A stretch of 64,000 nt of DNA from Candidatus Margulisiibacteriota bacterium (GTDB lineage: Bacteria; Margulisbacteria; WOR-1; O2-12-FULL-45-9; XYB2-FULL-48-7): the NCBI GenBank assembly GCA_041661965.1, contig JBAZTH010000001.1, forward strand, positions 159,360 through 223,359. Reading direction: 5' to 3'. The notes beneath the pieces were generated by a model. That model was not told the origin of the DNA, searched no databases, and saw only the letters and a list, made by a program, of their open reading frames with translations. Made by a program: the position numbers and the translations under genes. Shown here one piece after another: positions 17,069-25,715 of the stretch (position 1 is the stretch's first letter; every line of letters begins with the position of its first letter).

Positions 17069-17731
17069 ATGCCGCTTCAATCGTTTACCGACAACATGAC
17101 CGATAACTCGACCGAAGCTGGTTTCCAGTTTACCTTTTATTGTGATATCTGCCGGGAAGGCTACAAGACCAAGTTTGTGGAGTCCAGGACGACCAAGAAG
17201 GCCGGTTTTCTGAAGGGGTTGGCGGCCGGGGTTTCCATGGCGGCGTCAATGCTCGGCAAGCAAAACATTGGCTACAACGTTGAGCGCGGAGCCGATCTTT
17301 TGACCCAGCGGTTCAGCGGGATGTCTCCGGAATGGCAAAAAGAGCACGACGCGGCGTTCGAGTTGGCCCAAAACGAGGCCAAAGGCCATTTCCACCGTTG
17401 TCCTAAATGTAAGAAATGGGTCTGTCCGGCCGACTGGAACGAACAGGAAGGCCTTTGCGTGGATGACGCTCCCCGCCAGGCGATCGAGGTTGCCGCGGCC
17501 AAGGCGAAGAAAATGGTCAAGGATATCGAGGCGGCGGCCGAAGAGACGACGGTTTTTAAAGGCGAAATCAAGAGCAAGCAGACGATCTGCCCCAAATGCG
17601 GCAAGCCGGCGGGCGAGGGAAAATTCTGTTCTCATTGCGGGGCGTCGCTTGGTCTGATCAAGTGTCCTAAATGCGGCGCGGAAAGCCCGGCCGGGACCCG
17701 GTTCTGCGGCGAGTGCGGCGGTAAGTTTTAG
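17069..17731 (+). CDS. Zinc-ribbon domain protein
   Basis: Starts 2 nt after the previous stop, with AAGGGAGGG upstream. It has a central CPKCKKWVC and a C-terminal double zinc ribbon, CPKCG..CSHCG..CPKCG..CGECG. Confidence 0.7.
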   Translation: MPLQSFTDNMTDNSTEAGFQFTFYCDICREGYKTKFVESRTTKKAGFLKGLAAGVSMAASMLGKQNIGYNVERGADLLTQRFSGMSPEWQKEHDAAFELAQNEAKGHFHRCPKCKKWVCPADWNEQEGLCVDDAPRQAIEVAAAKAKKMVKDIEAAAEETTVFKGEIKSKQTICPKCGKPAGEGKFCSHCGASLGLIKCPKCGAESPAGTRFCGECGGKF

Positions 17732-17786
17732 CTAGCGTTCCGGCAAGTTCCTTGAAATCCCCGGTTTTTTTTGGCGAAGTTATGGC

Positions 17787-18911
17787 ATGAACATCGTCAG
17801 GCCAAAAGACAACCTACGGTTATCCGAACCATATTACTTACAGGGGACCAGCTTGTTCGGCCGTAACGGGATCAGGGAACGCCGGGAAGTCTTCCTTAAA
17901 AAGATCGAAACGACCGCTCCCTGGATGCCTCGTCGCGGCCCGGTCATTATGGCCCCCGGGATTGCTTGCAACGGCAACCTTTTCCGGTTGAGAACGGACA
18001 ATGGTCGAATTCTAACTTATGATCACGCCAACTCTTTTGCCAACTTATTGGCCAGCCAGGGATTCACGGTTTATCTTTGGCATTACCCCAGTTCAGAGCT
18101 GGTTTACAATCGATTTGTCTCCCGTTATTGTTCGGAGAGCCTTTACTACGGTAAACATTACAGCGTCTCCCCCGCCTTAAATTTTGATCAGATGGTTAAT
18201 CTCGATCTGCCGCTGGTCCTAGATCTGGTCGCTAAAGACGCGGAGACCGAGCGCCTCTCTTGGGTCGGGTTTAGCATGGGAGGGATGCTGGCGTATGCTT
18301 ATTTGGCGAAATACGGCGATGATCGGATCAGGAGCCTGGTGACGATCGGCAGTCCGATCCGGATCACCCTGTCTTTGGCCCGCTTGATTTCCGCCGTTAA
18401 CCGTTTATCAAAAATGGTCGGAGCGGAAGAACAGACGATCGGCGGGACCCTTTCGGCCAGACTGCATCTCTTTGCCAGTTTGACCGCTTTCTTGCCGGAT
18501 CGGGCCTTAAAAAGCCGACAGTTTGATTTTTTATATGAACCGAACAATATAAATTATAATACGTTACGCGCTTTTTTTGCCAAAATTGTTGAGCCGATCC
18601 CGTCCGGACTGGAAAACTCATTCAGCCAATTTATTCGCGAGGGATTCGTCTCTTTGGCCGGTGATTTTGATTACTTCGACGGCTTAAGAAGCATGAGAGG
18701 GAAACGGCCGCACTGTTTGTTCCTGGCCGGCGAAAAGGATAAGCTGGCTCCGCCGGCAAGCGTCCGCCTGGCCCAAAAAGCCCTGACCCCGGGCGTGGAC
18801 GATAACTTCGCGGTCATCAAGGGGAGCGGCCACAACGATCTGGTCATCGGTAATAATTCGGAAGGTGAAGTTTGGGAGCGATGCCTGGATTGGCTGATCG
18901 CTAACCGGTGA
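17787..18911 (+). CDS. Alpha/beta-hydrolase fold protein (serine nucleophile)
   Basis: 374 aa with the GFSMGG nucleophile elbow and a late GHNDLV histidine motif. The overall layout is reminiscent of PhaC-type hydrolases, but with Ser rather than Cys. Confidence 0.7.
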   Translation: MNIVRPKDNLRLSEPYYLQGTSLFGRNGIRERREVFLKKIETTAPWMPRRGPVIMAPGIACNGNLFRLRTDNGRILTYDHANSFANLLASQGFTVYLWHYPSSELVYNRFVSRYCSESLYYGKHYSVSPALNFDQMVNLDLPLVLDLVAKDAETERLSWVGFSMGGMLAYAYLAKYGDDRIRSLVTIGSPIRITLSLARLISAVNRLSKMVGAEEQTIGGTLSARLHLFASLTAFLPDRALKSRQFDFLYEPNNINYNTLRAFFAKIVEPIPSGLENSFSQFIREGFVSLAGDFDYFDGLRSMRGKRPHCLFLAGEKDKLAPPASVRLAQKALTPGVDDNFAVIKGSGHNDLVIGNNSEGEVWERCLDWLIANR

Positions 18912-18952
18912 GCTTTTTGTTCGAACCGATTTATTAATTAAGGAGGGAATAG

Positions 18953-20044
18953 ATGACAGTTACCGCGCCTGAAAGAACGGGAATCTTGAAAAAGCTGGCC
19001 ACTCGGTTGCCCGTGGCTAATGGCTCCGGTTTGTTCAAGCCGGAAATGACCGCGCTGAATTTTACCAATCGATGCAACGCCAAATGCGCGATGTGTTTGG
19101 AAAAAGGCAATGAGAAGGGGTTTAAACCGTACACTCTGGAAGAAGCGGTCGGCGTCTTGCGGCAAATTGCCGAATTAAATCCCGGTAAAGCTAAAGATTA
19201 TTTGCATCTTTGGGGCGGAGAACCCTTCCTGGATCGAGAGCTGCTTTATGGGATCGTTGAAGAGGCGGATAAGCTTGGTTTCAAATTTATTGAGATAGCG
19301 ACCAATGGTTTTTGGGGGAGAGACCGTGACGCGGCCAGGGCAATTCTTAGCGAATTAGGGCGGAGAGTTAACCAGGCCAAATTATCTTTCCAATTGTCTT
19401 GTGATAATTTTCATCAATGCCAGCCAATTTTAAGCCCGACCTATTTGGCGAATATCATTTTACTAATTAAAACTGAATTTCCGGCAATGGGACTAAGTTT
19501 TAATAGCATTGTTTTGAATAACTTTCGAAGCCTCCACGATGTGGCCGCGGCTGTTTCGGCCATTCAACCCCAGCAGACCAACGCTTTTTTTGATGAAGTT
19601 GAATATCACCAGTTTTTCTATGGGCAAGGATCGAGCTTCGTAAGAATTCCCGTCAGTTTTTTCCCTGTCTCTTTAAGTGGGCGGTGTTCTCCCGCGTTAA
19701 AAGCTCAATTTGGCACTAAACCAAGGGATCCGGCGAGCATTGCCGGGATCAATTATTCTCCCGAACATCAATTATCAATCGGGGTTGATCGGCAATTATA
19801 TATGAATTTGCATTATAGCTCTCCCGGTATCTTGCCGATGGGGAGTATCGCGGAACATTCAATTGGGGAATTGATTGAGCGGATAGAGGTTGATCCCATA
19901 GCCGTCAGTTTAATGCGGCACGGTTACGCGGAGATTTATCCCCATTTGAAAGAGATGTTCGATTTTGATGGCTGGATAAAACAATTCCATTCGGCTTATG
20001 ACGTTTTGCAGGGGCTGGAAGCCGACGAGCCCGCCATCTTTTAG
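18953..20044 (+). CDS. Radical SAM protein, unknown substrate
   Basis: 363 aa with a CNAKCAMC cluster motif and GGEPFL. A strong SD (AAGGAGGG) lies upstream. Confidence 0.75.
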   Translation: MTVTAPERTGILKKLATRLPVANGSGLFKPEMTALNFTNRCNAKCAMCLEKGNEKGFKPYTLEEAVGVLRQIAELNPGKAKDYLHLWGGEPFLDRELLYGIVEEADKLGFKFIEIATNGFWGRDRDAARAILSELGRRVNQAKLSFQLSCDNFHQCQPILSPTYLANIILLIKTEFPAMGLSFNSIVLNNFRSLHDVAAAVSAIQPQQTNAFFDEVEYHQFFYGQGSSFVRIPVSFFPVSLSGRCSPALKAQFGTKPRDPASIAGINYSPEHQLSIGVDRQLYMNLHYSSPGILPMGSIAEHSIGELIERIEVDPIAVSLMRHGYAEIYPHLKEMFDFDGWIKQFHSAYDVLQGLEADEPAIF

Positions 20045-20069
20045 CGGAGAAACCCGGCACATACTTCCC

Positions 20070-20750
20070 TTAAATGTTTAAACGATAGCCAATTCCCGGT
20101 TCGGTCAGGATAAGGTTTGACAGCTTATACTTATCGAGCTTTTTTCTTAATTGGCTAAAATAGATCCTAAGGTAATGGGTTTGTCCGGTTGATTCCGGTC
20201 CCCAGATCTCTTTTAGGAGCTGTTTTTGGGTTACGATTTTACCGGCATTTTGGACCAGCATCTTCAGCAAATCGAATTCCGTGTTGGTGATCTTGACCGG
20301 TTCGTTGTCGATCTCCAAACTGCGAAGACCAAAATCCAACTTTATCCGATCATGGCGAAAAATAGGCTCTTCTTTCAGATTAAGGCTGTGCCTTAGGGCC
20401 ACTTTAAGGCGCGCGACCAATTCCTCGGGACTGAAGGGCTTGGTTAAATAGTCGTCGGCGCCGGCATCAAGCAGCGCGACTTTGTCGGAATCGGCATCTT
20501 TTACGCTAAGGATGATGACCGGAACGGAAGCTCTTTCTTTTATTTGAGCCAATATCTCGCGTCCATTGGCGTCTTGGAGCCGAAGATCGAGGATAACGAT
20601 ATCAGGCCGAAAACTGTTAAAGAGGGTCAAGCCTTCTTTGCCGGATTTCGCCAGGCAGACAGTGAACCCCTGGGCGGTCAGGTTGATATCAAGCAGTTTT
20701 CTGATCGCTCTCTCATCGTCGATTACCAGGACCCTTGCTCCTTTGCTCAT
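20070..20750 (-). CDS. kdpE: OmpR-family response regulator, KdpE-like
   Basis: A receiver domain (VLVIDDE, DLRLQD, TKPF) plus a winged-helix C-terminus ending EPGIGYRL. Confidence 0.8.
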   Translation of the reverse strand: MSKGARVLVIDDERAIRKLLDINLTAQGFTVCLAKSGKEGLTLFNSFRPDIVILDLRLQDANGREILAQIKERASVPVIILSVKDADSDKVALLDAGADDYLTKPFSPEELVARLKVALRHSLNLKEEPIFRHDRIKLDFGLRSLEIDNEPVKITNTEFDLLKMLVQNAGKIVTQKQLLKEIWGPESTGQTHYLRIYFSQLRKKLDKYKLSNLILTEPGIGYRLNI

Positions 20751-21796
20751 AACGTTAACCCCTTTATTTCCGGTTGTTTGTCGATCGGCCAGAAAAGCTC
20801 GACCTCCAGCCCGCCTTCTTGCCGGTTCCGTGCTTTGATCTTGCCGCCGCTAACTTCGAGCGCGCTTTTGGCGATCGCCAGACCCAGGCCGGTCCCGCCC
20901 GGCAGAGAATCGGCGGCCCGATAAAATTTATCGAAGACAAAGGGGAGCTCTTTGGCCGCGATTCCCGGCCCGTTATCGGTAACAGTGACCAAGAGCCAAT
21001 TGTTTTGCCTGGTTGTTTTGACGAGGATGAGCGATCCGGCGGGAGAATAATTAGCCGCGTTTAGTAAAACGTTCGATAAGGCTTGTTCAAAAAGAACGAA
21101 GTCGGCCTGAACCAGCGGGAGGTTCTCTTCCGTTTCCACTTCAAGCTGGTGGTCGGCCAGCTTCGGCTCGAGATGCCGCAGGCAAACTTGGACCATTTCC
21201 GAACTTTCCTGCCACTCTTTTTTTAGCGCGATTGAACCGGAAGAGAGCCTGGACATATCAAGCAAATTGGTCACGATCCGATCAAGGCGTTCGGCTGACT
21301 CGGCCAACTCCGCCGTCAGTTCCTTGTTTTCTTCCGCGGTTTTGAGGGTGGAGACGATCCCGATGATTGACGTGATCGGGGTCCTTAATTCGTGTGAAAG
21401 GCTGTCGAAAATCGTCAGATAAAGACCCTCCCGGGCTTCTTTTAGAGCGAGTTGACGCTGATGGCCTTTGATCTTGTCGGTTAAATAACCGGTGATGATC
21501 GCGGCAATAAAATAAACGATGTTCATCATCAGGTCTTCGGTCTTCGCGATCGCGAAGGTCCCGTGCGGCGGGATAAAAAAGAAATTCCAGGTCAAAGCGC
21601 TAAGGCCCGCGTACAAGATAAGAACGGGGAATGAAACAAACAGGCCGAGAAACAGGACCGATAATAAGAAGATGAGCCCGGTGGACTGATACCCTATGAA
21701 AGGGAGGAGCAAATGATTGGCCATGGCGATGCCAATGACTATGACAACCGTTTTTATGAGGTCGCTTAAGGGAAGGCGCCAAGGTGAAAAGATCAT
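20747..21796 (-). CDS. Sensor histidine kinase resembling only the C-terminal (TM + kinase) half of KdpD
   Basis: 349 aa with four N-terminal TM helices (DUF4118-like), the H-box SHELRTPITSIIG and the G-box GTGLGLAIAK. No KdpD N-terminal or Usp domain is present. Confidence 0.75.
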   Translation of the reverse strand: MIFSPWRLPLSDLIKTVVIVIGIAMANHLLLPFIGYQSTGLIFLLSVLFLGLFVSFPVLILYAGLSALTWNFFFIPPHGTFAIAKTEDLMMNIVYFIAAIITGYLTDKIKGHQRQLALKEAREGLYLTIFDSLSHELRTPITSIIGIVSTLKTAEENKELTAELAESAERLDRIVTNLLDMSRLSSGSIALKKEWQESSEMVQVCLRHLEPKLADHQLEVETEENLPLVQADFVLFEQALSNVLLNAANYSPAGSLILVKTTRQNNWLLVTVTDNGPGIAAKELPFVFDKFYRAADSLPGGTGLGLAIAKSALEVSGGKIKARNRQEGGLEVELFWPIDKQPEIKGLTL

Positions 21797-21818
21797 TTAT
21801 CCCTTAATTATACACCGA

Positions 21819-23162
21819 TTATCCGACAAAAAGTTCTTCTTTGGGGAGTTTCAGGGCATTATGCGTCTCACTTTTAAAAATAGCCGAGCCGATGGTTAGC
21901 GGCCCGACTCGGCCGATAAACATGGTCACTATTAGGATGATTTTACCGGCAGTGGAAAGGCTCCCGGTTATGCCGGTCGAGAGGCCGGTGTTTCCAAGCG
22001 CGGAAACGATTTCGAACAGGGTTTGCAGAAAAGATGCTTGTTCAGTATTGGCCATGATCAGAATATCGATCGCGGCGACCGCCGAAAAAAGAAAGAAGAT
22101 CGTCATTGCTTTGATGATTATTTCAATAGGGATTTTCCTTTCGAAAACCGCGGTTCGATCCTTCCCCTGCAGGGAGGCGCGAACGGCGGCAAAAAGAGTT
22201 GCCAGGGTCGTGGTTTTCATCCCGCCCCCGGTACTACCCGGCGAGGCACCGATGAACATAAGGAGCATTAGCGCGACCAGACTGGTCGCGGACATTTTTC
22301 CAATATCGATGGAATTATAGCCGTCAGTTGTTGAGGCGGAGATTGATTGGAAAGAGGCGATCAAAATCTTGTCCTGAAGCGTGACGGAACTCGGCCACTG
22401 TTCGGCGACCAGGATAACCACGGTCCCGGCCAACATGACGATGGCCGTAGTTAAAATTACCATTTTGCTGTGTAATGTCAGCCTGGCCGGCTTAAGACGC
22501 TTAATTTTATTAATTAGGGCATTATAGAAATCAGATAAAACAAAAAAACCTAGCCCCCCGACAATTGAAATGATATTGATGGTCAAATTGACGGTCCAAC
22601 TGGTTTGATAATTTATCAGACTGGTTGGAAAAAGACCGAAGCCGGCGGTGCAAAATCCGGAAACGGAATGAAAAAGTCCGAGGTAGAGGGCTCGCGGCAG
22701 ACTGTATTCCCCGGCCCAATAGAAAGCCAGAATAACCGTGCCGATGATCTCAAAAAACAAAGTGAAGATTATGACTTTTAGGAAAAAACCGCCAAGCATA
22801 TGCAGGCTATGGCTGTCCGTAGCCATTGATTCCTTGGCGACGGTTGAGGTTTTTTTTGAGAATTTTTTCCCAAGCAAGTAAGCCAGAAAAACAAAAAAAG
22901 CCATATAACCAATGCCGCCGATCTGGAAGATTGACAGTAAGACCAGTTGGCCGAAGAATGAATAATAACTGCCGATATCGACGACGGTCAAACCGGAAGT
23001 GCTTATCCCTGAAGTCGCGAGAAAAAGGGCGTCGATGAACGGTTGCGATGTCCCGGCCGCCGATGAGATCGGCAGAGAGAGGAGCGCGGCGCCAATAATT
23101 GTCACAACAAAATAGCCGATAATCAAAACTTGCAGCGCGTTTAAGCCGAATTTATGACGCAT
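21819..23162 (-). CDS. ktrB: TrkH/KtrB-family K+ transporter membrane subunit
   Basis: 447 aa and polytopic, with repeated pore-loop motifs such as TSGLT, CTAGFG, TTDGYN and NTGLSTG. Confidence 0.85.
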   Translation of the reverse strand: MRHKFGLNALQVLIIGYFVVTIIGAALLSLPISSAAGTSQPFIDALFLATSGISTSGLTVVDIGSYYSFFGQLVLLSIFQIGGIGYMAFFVFLAYLLGKKFSKKTSTVAKESMATDSHSLHMLGGFFLKVIIFTLFFEIIGTVILAFYWAGEYSLPRALYLGLFHSVSGFCTAGFGLFPTSLINYQTSWTVNLTINIISIVGGLGFFVLSDFYNALINKIKRLKPARLTLHSKMVILTTAIVMLAGTVVILVAEQWPSSVTLQDKILIASFQSISASTTDGYNSIDIGKMSATSLVALMLLMFIGASPGSTGGGMKTTTLATLFAAVRASLQGKDRTAVFERKIPIEIIIKAMTIFFLFSAVAAIDILIMANTEQASFLQTLFEIVSALGNTGLSTGITGSLSTAGKIILIVTMFIGRVGPLTIGSAIFKSETHNALKLPKEELFVG

Positions 23163-23254
23163 ATGGTTTCCCAGGGATCATGGGAAATGCTAGCATTGAA
23201 AAGAGTTAAAATGAGGTAAAAAGAACGATGAAAAACGTAAAAAAAGCGTAAAAT

Positions 23255-24349
23255 TCAGCGGAGAAAACCGGCTTTCCAGAGGCACTCTTCCCATTCACCT
23301 TCCGGGGTCGAGTCCCAGACGATCCCGCCGCCGACCCCCATCTCTCCCTGGCCTTGTTTGTCTATCAGCAGCGTTCTGATCGGAACATTAAACATTAAAT
23401 CGCGTTCTGGAGTAATATAACCGATCGCGCCGGTGTAAATATGGCGGGGTTCCGGTTCCAGTTCGCGGATTATCTCCATCGAACGGATCTTGGGGGCGCC
23501 GGTTACTGAACCCGAAGGGTGGAGCGCCTTGAATAGCTGATAGAGGGGCAACTCTTTAGGAATATTGGCGGTGACTGTCGAGGTCATCTGGTAGAGAGTG
23601 TTGTACCGAGCGACCTCAAAGAGCTTGGGGACCTTAACGTTACTGCCGATCCGGCCCAGATCGTTGCGGAGGAGGTCGGTGATCATCAGGTTCTCGGCCC
23701 GGTTTTTACCGTCAAAGTGAAGTTTTCGCCCGGCCCAGAGGTCTTCCCAAAGATTTCTGCCTCTTGGCCAGGTTCCCTTCATCGGTTTAGTGGTTAGAAA
23801 ATTCCCTCTCTTTTTCAGGAACAATTCCGGGGAGAGGGATAACATGAAGTAATCATCACCCTCAATGTAAGCGGGATAAGGAACCGGTTGGGTTGCGTAG
23901 AGTTGCCGGTAAAAAGTGTAAGGGTCACCGGCAAAGTCAAAGAGAAACTTCAAGCAATAGGTGATCTCATAGGTATCTCCCGCTTCCAGATACTCCCGGA
24001 TTTTTCTTATATTAGCGAAGTATTTTTCTTGGGTGATGTTTGTTTTTTTATTCGTCACCTCTGATTTAACCGCGCAATTAATTGCGCGGTTAGAATGGGG
24101 CAATTTTGGTTCCTTATAAATTCCCATCTGAAGCAAGGGAAAAGACGATTTGTTTTCCGTGGCAAGTTTTGCCTCGAAACCGTACCCGGCTTCATAAGAA
24201 AGGAACCCGGCCAGGTAGCAGCCTTTAGAAAGTGCCGATTCCATTTCGGTAAAACAAGCCGCCAGCTCATGGCCGTGGCGCGCCACGATCAGATCGAGCG
24301 GCTGTTCAAATAATAACGGCTGTTGTTCGAATTCAATTTGGACAAGCAT
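23255..24349 (-). CDS. pabB: Aminodeoxychorismate/anthranilate synthase component I family (short form)
   Basis: Chorismate-binding motifs PSGSVTGAPK, IYTGAIGY and GGGIVWDS. Confidence 0.8.
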   Translation of the reverse strand: MLVQIEFEQQPLLFEQPLDLIVARHGHELAACFTEMESALSKGCYLAGFLSYEAGYGFEAKLATENKSSFPLLQMGIYKEPKLPHSNRAINCAVKSEVTNKKTNITQEKYFANIRKIREYLEAGDTYEITYCLKFLFDFAGDPYTFYRQLYATQPVPYPAYIEGDDYFMLSLSPELFLKKRGNFLTTKPMKGTWPRGRNLWEDLWAGRKLHFDGKNRAENLMITDLLRNDLGRIGSNVKVPKLFEVARYNTLYQMTSTVTANIPKELPLYQLFKALHPSGSVTGAPKIRSMEIIRELEPEPRHIYTGAIGYITPERDLMFNVPIRTLLIDKQGQGEMGVGGGIVWDSTPEGEWEECLWKAGFLR

Positions 24350-24417
24350 AAGTGCGGTCTGGGTGCTCCGGCCAGAGGGTCGGAGGTGAAGTTCATGACC
24401 GAATTCATTATAACAGA

Positions 24418-24456
24418 AAAAGGAAACCGCGGCGATATTGCCGCAGGTTTCCTTTT
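24418..24456 (+). repeat. Bulged-hairpin repeat (REP-like family), also a plausible bidirectional terminator
   Basis: AAAAGGAAACCGCGGCGATATTGCCGCAGGTTTCCTTTT is identical to 36022-36060. It has A4 and T4 flanks. Confidence 0.85.
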
Positions 24457-25102
24457 AAACTATTAATTCTTTCAACTCCAGCAGATCATCGACCAAAAAG
24501 TCAGGCTTAGCCGCCGCCAGCTTAGCCTTATCGTCAAAACCGTAGGTAACGGCGCAGGTGTGGATCCCGGCGTTCTTCCCGGTCTCAATGTCGACCGTCA
24601 TATCGCCGATCAACAGGGCCCGCTCCGGGGTGATTTGGTGGTCGGCCAGGATCTTCAGGATGGTACAGGGATCGGGTTTCAGGCAGGGAGCGGTATCGCC
24701 GCCGTAGATTTCGTTAAAGTAACCGAGCAAGCCATGGTTGGCCAAGATCAACCGGATAAATTCGTCCTTTTTATTGGAAAGAATGTATTTTGTTTTCTCT
24801 TTGAAATGTTCCAGGAACTCTTTAACATGAGGATAGAGAGGAACTTGTTTGATCCCGACATTGGTGTAATTGCGGTAATAAACCTCCAGCGCTTTTTGCT
24901 GCAGGACCGGATCGCGGCTGCCGATCGCGCCGCCGACCAAGGGGAGTTCACCGAAGCCGACATGTTTATGGATCTCGGCCGCTGTTTTGGCCGGAAGCCC
25001 CAGCTCTTTGAGCATCGCCTGAACAGCGACGATCGCCGGCGGGATGGAGTCGGAGAGGGTCCCGTCCAGATCGAACATGATCAGGTCAATTGGCAGTTTC
25101 AC
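24455..25102 (-). CDS. HAD-family phosphatase (phosphoglycolate phosphatase-like)
   Basis: Contains the DLDGTLSDS motif I and the GDMTVDIETGKNAG motif. Confidence 0.85.
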   Translation of the reverse strand: MKLPIDLIMFDLDGTLSDSIPPAIVAVQAMLKELGLPAKTAAEIHKHVGFGELPLVGGAIGSRDPVLQQKALEVYYRNYTNVGIKQVPLYPHVKEFLEHFKEKTKYILSNKKDEFIRLILANHGLLGYFNEIYGGDTAPCLKPDPCTILKILADHQITPERALLIGDMTVDIETGKNAGIHTCAVTYGFDDKAKLAAAKPDFLVDDLLELKELIV

Positions 25103-25673
25103 GGGTCTCCTTTTCTTCGCCGATGGTTGTTGGGCGGCCGTGTCCGGGATAAACTTTAGTTTCCGGCGGGAGCTGCATTAGCTTTTTCAGGGAGCTAACC
25201 ATCGCTTCTGCTGATGAGCCGAAAAGATCGACCCGCCCGTATGTCCCTCGGAAAAGGGTGTCGCCGCTAAAGAGGACCCGGTCTTCTTCGTTAAATAAAC
25301 AAATCCCGCCGGGGCTGTGGCCGGGGGTGTGGATGACTTTAAATTTAGTTTGGCCGAGAACGATGAGCTCGCCGTCCCGGAGCGGCTCGTCGGCCGGAGT
25401 TGGGTCGGTTTCTTCCGCCATTGGCGAATCAAGCTCATGACGGAGCAGTTTGGCCCCGGTCTCTTTTTTCAGCGCGCCGTTACGGCTGACGTGATCGAAA
25501 TGACCGTGGGTGTTGATGATCTCTCTAACCGTTAAGTGGTTGTCCTGAACGATCTTCATAATGTTGGGGACCTGGCCTCCCGGATCGATGACGATCGCGA
25601 TTTTTGTCGGCTCGTCCCAGACGATATAACAGTTCGCGGAGAGCGGGCCGACTTTGAGAACCTCGAATTTCAT
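25086..25673 (-). CDS. MBL-fold metallo-hydrolase (glyoxalase II-like)
   Basis: Contains the THGHFDH motif. TGTTATAAT-N6-ATG lies upstream. Confidence 0.85.
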   Translation of the reverse strand: MKFEVLKVGPLSANCYIVWDEPTKIAIVIDPGGQVPNIMKIVQDNHLTVREIINTHGHFDHVSRNGALKKETGAKLLRHELDSPMAEETDPTPADEPLRDGELIVLGQTKFKVIHTPGHSPGGICLFNEEDRVLFSGDTLFRGTYGRVDLFGSSAEAMVSSLKKLMQLPPETKVYPGHGRPTTIGEEKETRETAN

Positions 25674-25679
25674 GGTTTA

Positions 25680-25688
25680 ATTATAACA
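25680..25688 (-). promoter_or_regulatory. Extended -10 box, leaderless-type
   Basis: On the minus strand, TGTTATAAT lies 6 nt before the ATG at 25673. Confidence 0.55.
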
Positions 25689-25695
25689 GAAAGAA

Positions 25696-25715
25696 AAGCT
25701 TACAGCTGTAAGCTT
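25696..25715. repeat. Perfect 20-bp palindrome AAGCTTACAGCTGTAAGCTT
   Basis: It is an exact copy of 51145-51164. A partial extra arm, AAAGCTGTAAGC, follows it. Confidence 0.9.

Noticed and set aside
17732-17786. A rho-independent terminator after the zinc-ribbon operon (T8 tract at about 17765).
   Set aside because: Only a 4-bp CCGG/CCGG stem with a long loop precedes the T-tract. This is suggestive of an operon boundary but is not a convincing intrinsic terminator, so I did not list it as a feature.
23167-23200. A 12-nt palindrome AATGCTAGCATT and an adjacent hairpin upstream of ktrB, considered as a possible operator or REP-family member.
   Set aside because: It does not match either repeat family and is present only once in the window. 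It is mentioned under the Kdp/Ktr finding rather than as a separate element.
24350-24417. A possible folate-type riboswitch or 35-aa leader ORF (MNFTSDPLAGAPRPH...) in the ~55-nt region between a TGTTATAAT box and the pabB start.
   Set aside because: The region is too short for a THF riboswitch and shows no resemblance to one. The small ORF is out of frame with pabB and has no SD. Its -10 spacing (10 nt) does not match the leaderless pattern seen elsewhere. Only a 5-bp hairpin (CTCCG/CGGAG) is visible.
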